A DNA stretch of 64,000 bases, from NCBI GenBank assembly GCA_035454865.1, contig DATIGF010000102.1, positions 16,513 to 80,512 on the forward strand. Reading direction: 5' to 3'. Positions 50,801 to 59,008 of the stretch are shown here, piece after piece. Origin of the DNA: Nitrospiraceae bacterium. Its GTDB lineage: Bacteria > Nitrospirota > Nitrospiria > Nitrospirales > Nitrospiraceae. Positions within the stretch are counted from its first letter, which is position 1, and each line of letters starts with the position of its first letter. The position numbers and the translations under genes were made by a program. The notes beneath the pieces are model-generated. The model had not been told where the DNA came from and ran no database searches. It saw nothing but the letters and a program-made list of their open reading frames with translations.

Positions 50801-51198
50801 AAGGCGAAAGAGCGGGAGCCCCTATTCTCCTGATTGATGACTCGCTAAGCATTCGCAAATTTGTCGGGAGGATGTTGGAGAATGCGGGTTATCAAGTCGA
50901 TACGGCGGTGGATGGAGAGGACGGGTTGAGAAAAGCCTCCGCGCAATCCTATCGCTTGATTTTTACAGACCTGGAGATGCCGAAGTTGAACGGGTTTGAG
51001 GTGATTCAGGCTCTGCGGAGCCGTCCGCAAACACAGCAAACGCCGGTTGTAGTCATGACGACAAGGGCGGGGGACAAGCATCGCCAAATGGCCATCAGTA
51101 TCGGAGCCAGTTCCTACGTGGCCAAACCGGTGGAAGAGCGGGCACTACTCCAAGAAGTCGAGCGATGGGTCGGCCGTGTGCCAGCAACCAGGAAATAA
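47830..51198 (+). CDS. cheA: Hybrid CheA/ChpA-like kinase (3 Hpt, dimerisation, HATPase, CheW, REC)
   Basis: AHKIRG and two AHTLKGSA Hpt motifs; HLVRNAVYHGIE, DDGAG, GRGVGLDVV; C-terminal DDS/DLEMP/KP. Confidence 0.94.
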   Translation: MSSEFDQQNLVAIFVAEATDGMTALTSVLHPPDESVPTPLQLQGQYIVAHKIRGAAALYGYSAVAQLAERLEAVLEQALSVPDAEWPRAVGAMREMVQGIQSLIQSIGQGGTEDAGVVERCLASSEGLVPEASGGESSVPAESSTSPEYINPELDAEVLSYFAPEAQEYLDTIDGLVQELQTNPSDEDASYRLFRTAHTLKGSAYTVGFQVIGDIAHPMEDCMVAVREGRIQLSRELLEVIAQAGGIIRLILRRDPVNVGRLQEEVPRVSRILSQLREGQAVILSPTQTATAIDTPEAAAVSSPALTTTVADVKPDLPATLTDDYLVPHLDPEVLSYFAPEAQEYLETLEANLLRLDKDPENKELINQLFRTAHTLKGSAYTVGFASIGDLVHHVEDFMGAVRDNRLKVLPGHTDLLLRSVDVVRVLMRRDPSMLAGTRLRFEAAMSELKRLEQGEAPASASPSQSVSAPLSSVEQNAGIGDDQTLGRATDGKPVEEREVIRVSRDRLERLLNLVGELVIGRGRLEQRLRVLEQLSQQVLACKSRLVDSVQSFEEKHTFTFQAAPSTSAEPATQGFPGSSDFGSLELDKYDDFNILARRISEVTADISESMSQLSGSIRRSHEDMSQLQHLTLGMRDEIARARMVPVGTPFTRFRRAIREIARASNKEVSLVTSGEHTEVDTGVVERLVDPLVHLVRNAVYHGIEPSAERISKGKPAVGTVYLHAAHRGNSIIIEVEDDGAGLDLTKIRAKAVKLGLVRSDQVQAMSEAEALKFIFAPGFSTADKIGDQAGRGVGLDVVKRVIEGMNGHINVESVPGVGTKFTLDLPLTLLIATALLVRAGNERYAIPLPSVREVTMSTAASLQQMGDRAVLHLGEEAIEVQSLRHILRHEVGAVDYTMPIVIVRTVAGPVGLAVDELLGRQEIVIKSLGSLKPLERSVFGGATIDPEGRVVLVIDPSRLMARESNESMAAPAAQDAALSGSGTTGQDDEQGERAGAPILLIDDSLSIRKFVGRMLENAGYQVDTAVDGEDGLRKASAQSYRLIFTDLEMPKLNGFEVIQALRSRPQTQQTPVVVMTTRAGDKHRQMAISIGASSYVAKPVEERALLQEVERWVGRVPATRK

Positions 51199-51257
51199 AT
51201 TGCAGAACGCAGGTTGCACAAGAGTATTCAGAACACCTATGGAATCCAGGTAATAGT

Positions 51258-51788
51258 ATGAGTTTGCGGGGTCGTCAAGCCAGGGTGACATCGCTTGCAC
51301 CTGTCTGTCGGTTTCTGATCGTTACCGTAGGCGGTTTGCATTTCGCCCTGCCGGCTGAACGCATACAGGGGTTGTTGACAATTGAAGAAGCCGGTTCAGC
51401 CGGATTGTTGACGGTGCAAAATGTCACCTATACCAGCATTGATCTGGCCGGGGGTCTTCAACTTCCCGCAGATGCCGAGGGGCCGGAGACGAGAGCGGTG
51501 CTTCTTTCTCATGGGAATGCTAGGGGCAATATCCGTGTCGCTCAGGTTCATGGACTGAGAGAGCTTGAGCAATCCCGGGTGCTCCCGCTGCCAGGGCATT
51601 TTCAAGGTGAGGAACAGACGTGGTATCAAGGGATGGTGCTGTTTGAGGATGGTATCGCGTTGATCCTGAATCCGGCCTGGTTATTGGAGGGGTGTGGGCA
51701 CGGTCGGGCCTCAGGAATGGTCAACGAAAACGATGCAGCCACACAGCTCCTTCCCGCGCGACCGGCGTTGGCCGGAGGGCAGGTCTAG
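51258..51788 (+). CDS. Divergent CheW-like protein
   Basis: FLIVTVGG..FALP...IQGL, V.QVHG, LILNP..LL pattern; operon position. Confidence 0.7.
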   Translation: MSLRGRQARVTSLAPVCRFLIVTVGGLHFALPAERIQGLLTIEEAGSAGLLTVQNVTYTSIDLAGGLQLPADAEGPETRAVLLSHGNARGNIRVAQVHGLRELEQSRVLPLPGHFQGEEQTWYQGMVLFEDGIALILNPAWLLEGCGHGRASGMVNENDAATQLLPARPALAGGQV

Positions 51789-51790
51789 AC

Positions 51791-52234
51791 ATGCTCAGAC
51801 CGTCTCTTTTGCGGAAACAGGAATCAGGATCCCGGTCCTGTCCGTTGCTCATCTTCTCGGTCGGCGGGCGCCGCGTGGCGGTGAAAACCGACGAGGTAGC
51901 CGGTATTTCAGTGTGGAAAAAGAGCACCCCCGTTCCCAGCCGGACGAAGTATGTGTCGGCAGTGGTGCGGAAGGACGATGAAGTGTTTCCTGTCTTCGAC
52001 TTGGCCGGGCTACTTCGCGTAAAGGTCGAAGGTGATGAGTTGTTGTGTCTGACGGCCAAACACCACCGGGGTGCCATGGCCATTTGTATTGATCAGGACA
52101 TGCCGGTGCTTCACACTCTGGATATCGCTGCCATACAGCCTTATCGAGGAGGGGAGTTTGATGCGACCGGGAGTTTTTCGAGCGGCCTTGAGCAGATTCC
52201 GATCATTTCATTGGCCAAGCTCGGCTCGGCGTAG
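51791..52234 (+). CDS. Divergent CheW-like protein
   Basis: LLIFSVGG...AV....V, TPVP, VFPVFDLA.LL. Confidence 0.75.
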   Translation: MLRPSLLRKQESGSRSCPLLIFSVGGRRVAVKTDEVAGISVWKKSTPVPSRTKYVSAVVRKDDEVFPVFDLAGLLRVKVEGDELLCLTAKHHRGAMAICIDQDMPVLHTLDIAAIQPYRGGEFDATGSFSSGLEQIPIISLAKLGSA

Positions 52235-52276
52235 GCCGGGAAGAAATATGACTGGAATGGATAGAAGGGAGTAGGT

Positions 52277-53602
52277 ATGCGGAAGATTTTAGTGGCCGAC
52301 GACAGTATCGCAGTACGAAAAGTCGCGGAGCGACTGCTGACCGAAGCGGGACTTGGAGTTGCGCTGGCGGCAAACGGAGAAGAGGCTCTTGCATATCTAT
52401 CGAAGGAGCGGCCGGATGTCGTGGTGTCCGATGTCATCATGCCCGACAAGAGCGGCTATGAGGTGTGCGCGTTTGTTCGTGGCAACGCCATGCTCGCCAC
52501 CACGCCAGTTCTTCTCATCTCCGGCATTGTTAATGATGAAGTCACGAAACAAGCTGAGATTTGCCATGCCGATGGAGTTCTGAAGAAGCCGTTTCAAGGA
52601 ACTTCTCTGAAAGACCGTGTCATGGAACTCCTGGCTAAGCGCCAGGAATCTGCTCCGGTTGCGGCGCCGGCGCCGGCTCCAAAGCCAGCGCCAGCTCCCG
52701 CACCCGCAGCAGCAATGAAGGCACCGAGCGTCGAAGCCGCAAGCGGATCGCGTGCTACGGAAGAACAGCTCGATGCTCTTCGCCAGGCCGGCGCGAGGCT
52801 CAAGGAGTTGGAGGCACAGCTGCAAGCGGCACAGAGTCGCTCTGAAGGGTTCGAAAAGCAAGTGGCTGCGCTGAAGGGAGATTCGACACGTGTGCGTGAG
52901 TTGGAGGCGTTGTTGGAGACTGAGCGGCACCGATCCACTGAACTTGCTAATCACGTACAGGAGAAAGAGCAACGTCTGACGGCGCTGCAAGAGGTGGAGC
53001 GGGCATTGAAATTGGAGCAGGATCGCAATGCGACCCTCACGCAGGAAGCCCGGGAACTTCAGAAAGCCGCGCAGAAAGTTGCCGAACTCGACGCAACCCT
53101 CAATGCCGAGCGGGAGGCTGCGGCGCAACTGGTTCAGCAGCTCACCGGCCTGGAAGCAGTTGCGGCACGAGCGAAGGAATTGGAAACGCAGCTTGTCCGG
53201 GAAGAACACCGAGCCGCGGACTTTGAGCGAAAGGTGAAGGAAATAGAATCCGGATTGGCGGCTGAACAGGCCCGCGCGGGCGAACTGAGCAAGAAACTGG
53301 CAGAGGCTGAGCGATACCGTCAGCGCACAACCGAGCTCGAGGGGCAGTTGGCGGAGGAACAGAAGAAGGGAGCTGAGATCGTGCGTCGGCTGAGTGAGCT
53401 GGAGCAGGCGGCGCTAAAACTGCAGGAGACGGAAGCACTTCTGGCGACGGAGCGGGATCGCAACGGACTGCTAACCCGTCGCGTGACGGAAACTGAGCAA
53501 GCGGCCGAAAATGCAACCAAGCGATTTGAGGATATGGCCCGCAAACTCGGAGAAATCGCCGGGTTGGCTTCACAGCTCGGGAATGGGAAGGGGCGGTCCT
53601 GA
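52277..53602 (+). CDS. Response regulator with Pro/Ala linker and long coiled coil
   Basis: Intact REC (ADDS, SDVIMP, KPF), APAPAPKPAPAPAP linker, ~280 aa E/A/L/R heptad-rich tail. Confidence 0.88.
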   Translation: MRKILVADDSIAVRKVAERLLTEAGLGVALAANGEEALAYLSKERPDVVVSDVIMPDKSGYEVCAFVRGNAMLATTPVLLISGIVNDEVTKQAEICHADGVLKKPFQGTSLKDRVMELLAKRQESAPVAAPAPAPKPAPAPAPAAAMKAPSVEAASGSRATEEQLDALRQAGARLKELEAQLQAAQSRSEGFEKQVAALKGDSTRVRELEALLETERHRSTELANHVQEKEQRLTALQEVERALKLEQDRNATLTQEARELQKAAQKVAELDATLNAEREAAAQLVQQLTGLEAVAARAKELETQLVREEHRAADFERKVKEIESGLAAEQARAGELSKKLAEAERYRQRTTELEGQLAEEQKKGAEIVRRLSELEQAALKLQETEALLATERDRNGLLTRRVTETEQAAENATKRFEDMARKLGEIAGLASQLGNGKGRS

Positions 53603-53656
53603 TTCAGAACGTGAGACGATCTGTATGATCGGGTGTTTCCTGAGGGACCAAGACCG

Positions 53657-54595
53657 ATGGCCGCCGAACCAGAAGACGCATTCCAAAGAGAACTGATCGA
53701 GCTCTTTGTTCAAGAGGCACAGGAGTGGCTCCAACAAATTCACGTTGCGCTGGATGAACTGCAGCAAGGGCCCGCTCCCGATCGCCATCAAAAACTCGCC
53801 CAAACGATTAGGGCCGGCCTCGCCAATCTGGGCGGCTCTGCCGCTACGATCAGCCTGAGCGACGTCGAGCGGGCGAGTTTTTCCGCGCTTCCCTTCGTGG
53901 AAGCCGTTCAAGATCCTGCCGGGAAGATTTCTGCCAACGACTTTGTCCTGCTCTGTAAACAATTGGGGCATATTCACACGGCTCTTACCCGGGCAACGGG
54001 TGTGACGTTCGATGCTGAGAGTCCGGCCGCTTCGGTTGTAAGCCCTCCCGTCACCATTCCGACGAATGATCTGCTCGCGGCGCTTCGGGAACTCCAGCAG
54101 CGTCAAGCCGGGGCCAGCTCCGTCCACCGGAACCTTGTTCAGACGGTGATTGCCCAGGTCGAAGGGCTCATCAACAGCGGCGTGGGGCAATGCGACGTGA
54201 CCTCCATGCGCGAATTCCTTGACCGGTTCTCAAAAGGAGAGGAAGAATTTCTTCGGCTGGTGCAGCTGCTGCTTCCACGCCTGGCAGCTGAACTCGGGCT
54301 GCTCAAGGCGGGGGGAGGGGGCCCAGGGCAGTCTACTGAACGAATTGAGGCGGTCGTTGAACAAGTAGCGCACTTATGGTCGGCGGCTCAGCAGGTCAAT
54401 GCATCCCAGGCCATGACTTTCTTCATGGGGTTGCACAGTTTTCTCACCATTGTGCTACAAAATCGGGTTGTCGTGGCGGCCAAGAAATACGAGGTGGTGG
54501 AGACCCGCTTACGAGACATATTGAAGACCATTCAAGAGTGGGTGGAGACTGGACGAACGGAGCGCATGGCCATCGGTAGTATGCTCCCCGGTTGA
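53657..54595 (+). CDS. Stand-alone Hpt-like protein lacking the phospho-His
   Basis: ELIELFVQEAQEWLQQI Hpt helix A; ANLGGSA in place of HTLKGSA. Confidence 0.75.
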   Translation: MAAEPEDAFQRELIELFVQEAQEWLQQIHVALDELQQGPAPDRHQKLAQTIRAGLANLGGSAATISLSDVERASFSALPFVEAVQDPAGKISANDFVLLCKQLGHIHTALTRATGVTFDAESPAASVVSPPVTIPTNDLLAALRELQQRQAGASSVHRNLVQTVIAQVEGLINSGVGQCDVTSMREFLDRFSKGEEEFLRLVQLLLPRLAAELGLLKAGGGGPGQSTERIEAVVEQVAHLWSAAQQVNASQAMTFFMGLHSFLTIVLQNRVVVAAKKYEVVETRLRDILKTIQEWVETGRTERMAIGSMLPG

Positions 54596-54681
54596 ACAGG
54601 TCCTCCGATTACCCCCCTGGAGTGGAGATGCGGCCGGATATTTCCAGCCAGTGGACAACGAGAGAAGGGTTGTAAGCGCAC

Positions 54682-56766
54682 ATGAATTGGTATCGTGAGG
54701 CAGAGCGAGAGCTGACCGATGTGGCGGGCGCCGTTCAGAGCCAACGGCCCCTTCGCATGGAGCGGCTTGAGGACCTGGCAGCGGGACTGGTGTCGTCGTT
54801 GAAGCAAAACGATGAGCTGGTCGTGGAGGCGCTGTCCGGGCCGACCGGATCATCACTCATCACGAATCTGATCAATGTCGGGATTCTCGGCAGCAAAGTC
54901 GGGATTGGCCTGGGATACTACGGGAAGGAATTGGAGCGGCTGGCGCTTGCCGGATTGGTCCATGACATCGGATTGTTCGCCGTTCCCCAGTCGCTGCTCA
55001 CAAAGGCCGGGCGTCTGACGCAGGAGGAGCGGACGTTGATCGAGCAACACCCTGAACTGGGGTATCAAGTCATCCTACGAACCGGGACGGACTACCAGTG
55101 GCTGGCGCAATTGACTCGTCAGGCCCACGAGCGTTTCAACGGGCAGGGGTATCCCAACCGGCTCAAAGGGCGGCAGATCAGTGAGATGGCGCAGATTCTC
55201 GGCGTCGTTGACGTGTTCGATGCGCTCGTGAGCGAGCGCCCCTACCGTCGTCGTCTGCTTCCGCACGAAGCCGTCAAGGAGCTGCTTGTGACGGAGCGGG
55301 CGACGTTTCCCCGTGAGATTCTGAAGGGGCTGGTGGAACAGCTCTCGGTATATCCGTTGGGGACAACCGTGCGATTGACGACGGGAGAGGTGGGAACGGT
55401 GGTGGGGGTAAACAGCCGGTACCCGCTTCGTCCGGTGGTGAAGATCAATGAGGAGGGCGGTAACGGCGGGCTGGGATTACGGGAGGTCGATTTGAGCCTG
55501 ACTCCATTAGTCTCGATTATTGAGACGCTCAAACCTCCGGTCGTGGGACGAGTGACGTTTTCAAATGCGCCGCTCAAGGTCGTCGAATCTCCCGCACCCG
55601 GGATTGCCTCCGATCAGTTCACGTCGCTTCTCGAGAGTCTTGACGCCATCGCCTCCGCGATTCAGGGAGTCGTGGAGACCCGGATAGTCACGCCGCAGGA
55701 AGCGGAGCCTTCAGAAGGCGAGTCCGGAGTGATATCGCCGACAGGGAATCGGCTGCCGGACGGGAGCGATCTCCCCTTTCGAAAAGAAATCATTGGGTTG
55801 TTTGCTCTTGAAGCCCGCGAATGGCTGGCCCAAATCCAAACCGCGCTCACAAAGCTCGGGTCTGGTGCCGAGGGGCCGGTACGTTCGAAGCTGTACGGGT
55901 TCATTTTAAACGGAATTACCAATCTGGCCAGATCGGCGTCTACGATTCAGCTTGCCGACATCGAAGCCATGGCATCCAATCTCCTGCCGATTCTCCGCGA
56001 TGTCGGAGGGGCCGGAGTCGAGTCGAGGTCGGAGACGATTCGTTCACTCCACGTCGGGCTTGATCGAATTGCGACAGCCGTGCAGCGTCTGGCAGGAGAG
56101 TACACTGATGTCGAGAAGCATCTGGACCACGCCGAATGGCTCGATCGGTCCTCCGAAGCGCCGGCTTCCCTGTCCCCAACGCAAAACCATGCGAAGGTAC
56201 CAACTCTGGGGACGCCGGAGCGGGTCGCCTCGTCCATCCCGTTGTTGAGGGCGTTACGGGAATTGCAGCAAGCTCGCGCACGATCGGTTCAGCCTGCGCG
56301 AGATGTGTTAGAAGCAGTCATCCATCGCGCCGAGCAGGAAGTCGGGGGGCAGCAGGACCAGATAGATGTTGCGACCGTTGAGCGCATTCTTCGCGATCTC
56401 GATCAACTGGATGAAGAGTTTCTACGGGAAGTACATGAACGAGTGCCTGCAATGACAGGGATGCTTGTCCATTTGCATGGGGAGGGCATGCCCGATTTTG
56501 TGACCGCTTCTCAGCTGGACCCGATTCTGGCTCACGTCGAAGCGCTGCATGATCTTTCGAAGTCGATTCAAGCCGCGACAATCTCGATGTTTCTTCAAGG
56601 GATCAAGTCTTTTCTCACCGAGACTGCCTATCGAAAAGAAGCAACCTTGCCTCAGCGATTGGAGGCGGTTGAAGAACGACTTCAGGCGTTGGTTCCCATG
56701 GCCGAGCAGTGGGTCACGCTTGGCCGTCTCGAACGGACTGCCATTGAAGAAATCCTCCCTGTGTAA
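54682..56766 (+). CDS. Degenerate HD-GYP domain fused to a pseudo-Hpt module
   Basis: HDIG, HERFNGQGYP, DVFDALVSERPYR; C-terminal ~330 aa is paralogous to 53657..54595. Confidence 0.85.
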   Translation: MNWYREAERELTDVAGAVQSQRPLRMERLEDLAAGLVSSLKQNDELVVEALSGPTGSSLITNLINVGILGSKVGIGLGYYGKELERLALAGLVHDIGLFAVPQSLLTKAGRLTQEERTLIEQHPELGYQVILRTGTDYQWLAQLTRQAHERFNGQGYPNRLKGRQISEMAQILGVVDVFDALVSERPYRRRLLPHEAVKELLVTERATFPREILKGLVEQLSVYPLGTTVRLTTGEVGTVVGVNSRYPLRPVVKINEEGGNGGLGLREVDLSLTPLVSIIETLKPPVVGRVTFSNAPLKVVESPAPGIASDQFTSLLESLDAIASAIQGVVETRIVTPQEAEPSEGESGVISPTGNRLPDGSDLPFRKEIIGLFALEAREWLAQIQTALTKLGSGAEGPVRSKLYGFILNGITNLARSASTIQLADIEAMASNLLPILRDVGGAGVESRSETIRSLHVGLDRIATAVQRLAGEYTDVEKHLDHAEWLDRSSEAPASLSPTQNHAKVPTLGTPERVASSIPLLRALRELQQARARSVQPARDVLEAVIHRAEQEVGGQQDQIDVATVERILRDLDQLDEEFLREVHERVPAMTGMLVHLHGEGMPDFVTASQLDPILAHVEALHDLSKSIQAATISMFLQGIKSFLTETAYRKEATLPQRLEAVEERLQALVPMAEQWVTLGRLERTAIEEILPV

Positions 56767-56810
56767 ACACAGCCACCCGATCCCTTCCTTCCCTGTGCGG
56801 GGCAGACTTC

Positions 56811-57015
56811 TAACTGCTTGATTTCACTGAAGCTGCGCAACAGGTTGTGGCTGGCGATGCTTCGATACCTATCGGATCTAAGTCCTCGTAACGGTTAGTG
56901 AAATCATGCCTAATTAATAGGCAGAGTGGTTGAAATCGCCCTATGACAGGACGCTCATGGTCAATCCACATGGATATCCACAAGTCGCACACAGATTTTG
57001 TGGACACGGTGGAAG
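56811..57015. promoter_or_regulatory. IHF site plus cluster of DnaA-box-like 9-mers
   Basis: Reverse AATCAAGCAGTTA (WATCAANNNNTTR) at 56811-56823; CAATCCACA 56962, ATATCCACA 56974, inverted TGTGGACAC 56999. Confidence 0.5.
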
Positions 57016-57365
57016 GATGGCCATATTGCAGAAAGGCGAATGTGCTGAATTGAGAAGGGGAGACGTCATCAAGAATGAGATTTTCATCTTCAGGAGCCAT
57101 CATGAAACAACATTATTGAGTTTCTTCACGAATGAGAAGCAGAAAGTCGTCTGAAAAACGAAAGTCATGCGCGCAGACGGGTCCTACGTGTTTTCGAAAT
57201 TGAAACGGCGCATCTACTTGGCAAAAAAGCGCATCGATCTGAGTTGAAAGAATGCGCGCCGCATCCCGCTCGAGCATTGTGCAATGTTGTACGGTTTGAA
57301 CTCTTGAGGCGGACCGCTATAATGCCGCGGGAGAAATAACTTGTTCCATCTTCAGAGAGGCGTCA

Positions 57366-57887
57366 GTGGCTAGGCTCATAACGGTTCGTCGTCCCGAACA
57401 GATCACGCAGCAGGCACATGAGTATGTGAAATCGTACATCCTGTTTCCATCAGGTCTTGTGGGGTTGATCTGTCTCATCGGTGGAGTCGGAGGGTTGGGA
57501 TATCAACTGATTGCTACAGAGAGCTATACCTGGGACACGTTTTATCAGAGCTCAGGTCTCATCGCCCTGGGGGTGGTCATGGGCGTGGGACAAACCCGGT
57601 ATCACCAGTATCTGTTGAGGCGGTTTCCGGAAGTCCTGGCCGCCCGTATGAGACAGGCATCTACCAAGCGTGGAGCAAAGGCGAAAAAAGAAGCGCAGCC
57701 TGTGACCATCGACCATCCCGGGCGCCCGTTCATTCCGGTGGCCTATGTGGCCGGTACGGCGATTCTTGTGGGAAGCGGCATGATGGCCTACCTGTACGGA
57801 CAGGTGAGCATTGTTCCCGCTATCTTGATGCCGTGGGCAGGGTTCTATTGGGCACGGTTGTTTTTCTGGCGCAGCGTCGTCAAGTAG
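57366..57887 (+). CDS. Hypothetical membrane protein (about 4 TM)
   Basis: GAGG RBS with GTG start; two hydrophobic hairpins; upstream TTGAAC-N16-TATAAT. Confidence 0.75.
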   Translation: MARLITVRRPEQITQQAHEYVKSYILFPSGLVGLICLIGGVGGLGYQLIATESYTWDTFYQSSGLIALGVVMGVGQTRYHQYLLRRFPEVLAARMRQASTKRGAKAKKEAQPVTIDHPGRPFIPVAYVAGTAILVGSGMMAYLYGQVSIVPAILMPWAGFYWARLFFWRSVVK

Positions 57888-57900
57888 GGGCGCAAGCGGC

Positions 57901-59001
57901 TCATTTCTTTCCGAGATTGGGCTTCTTGTTTCTGGCAGATTGCGCCGGCGCGTTCTTCAACTGCTCTTCAAGAGTCGCCACCCGCTGTTCGAGATTTCGC
58001 ACGAGCTGCCTCAACTCCGGCAGACGGGGAATGACGGCTTGAGCCTTCATCCAGGTTTCATGCGGCATCACCGGGGCTCCTGAGACGATCTGATTCGGTT
58101 CGAGGCTCCGATTCACTCCCGCCCTGGCGGCAATCATCACCTGATCTCCGATTTGGATATGGTCGGCGAGGCCGGCCTGACCGCCGATCATCACATGATG
58201 ACCGATGGCGGTACTGCCGGCGATGCCCACCTGGGCGACGACGATTGAATGTTCGCCGATAGATACGTTGTGGGCGATTTGAACCAGGTTATCGACTTTG
58301 GTGCCCTGCTTGATGATGGTAGCGCCGAGCGTGGCGCGGTCGATGGTGACATTGGCACCCAGTTCAACGTCATCCTCAATGACCACTCCGCCGAGCTGCG
58401 GAATTTTCTGATGGCGACCCCGATGCTGCACGTATCCGAAGCCGTCTGAGCCAATCACGGTGCCGCTGTGCACGATCACTCGCGCGCCGAGCGAGCAGCC
58501 TTCCCGGACGACGACGTTGGGATACAAGACGGAATCGTCACCGATCGTGGAATCCGGTCCGATGAAGACTCCGGGATATAACGTGACTCGCGCCCCGATT
58601 GTGACGCGGTCGCCAAGGGTCACAAAGGGCCAGATCGAGGGATTGGGACCAATTCGGACATCAGCCCCTTGGGTTATGTCCTCGGCAATGCCGCGAGGAG
58701 CGGCAGGGTGGACAAAGAATCTCTGCGCGACTTGGGCGAAGGCCAGGAGGGGATTGCCTACCACGATTTGAGGGATCGCGAGTTCCGGCAGATGGCGATG
58801 AACAAGCAGGGCTCCCGCGCGGAGCTCTTCCGGGGATTTGAGCGCTTTGTCATTGGCGACAAACGACAAGGCCCTGGGATTGGCTTCCCCCAGTCCGGCC
58901 AGTTCCGACACCTTCGTTTGGTCGTTGCCATGAACGGTGCCCCCGACGAGCCGATGAATTTCAGCCAGCGTAATTGGACTCGGGACCTGCGGCGTGGCCA
59001 T
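57901..59001 (-). CDS. lpxD: UDP-3-O-acyl-glucosamine N-acyltransferase
   Basis: Hexapeptide repeats, IGSDGFGY, KIPQLG.V.IEDDVELGAN, DNLVQIAHN. Confidence 0.95.
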   Translation of the reverse strand: MATPQVPSPITLAEIHRLVGGTVHGNDQTKVSELAGLGEANPRALSFVANDKALKSPEELRAGALLVHRHLPELAIPQIVVGNPLLAFAQVAQRFFVHPAAPRGIAEDITQGADVRIGPNPSIWPFVTLGDRVTIGARVTLYPGVFIGPDSTIGDDSVLYPNVVVREGCSLGARVIVHSGTVIGSDGFGYVQHRGRHQKIPQLGGVVIEDDVELGANVTIDRATLGATIIKQGTKVDNLVQIAHNVSIGEHSIVVAQVGIAGSTAIGHHVMIGGQAGLADHIQIGDQVMIAARAGVNRSLEPNQIVSGAPVMPHETWMKAQAVIPRLPELRQLVRNLEQRVATLEEQLKNAPAQSARNKKPNLGKK

Positions 59002-59008
59002 CGATCCG

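Noticed and set aside
52650-52715. GC-rich short-period repeat as a CRISPR or VNTR
   Set aside because: It encodes the Pro/Ala linker with varied codons and has no repeat-spacer structure
56810-57154. Short ORFs 56810..57103 and 56930..57154
   Set aside because: No recognisable family features or convincing RBS; they overlap the IHF/DnaA-like motif cluster and are more likely non-coding
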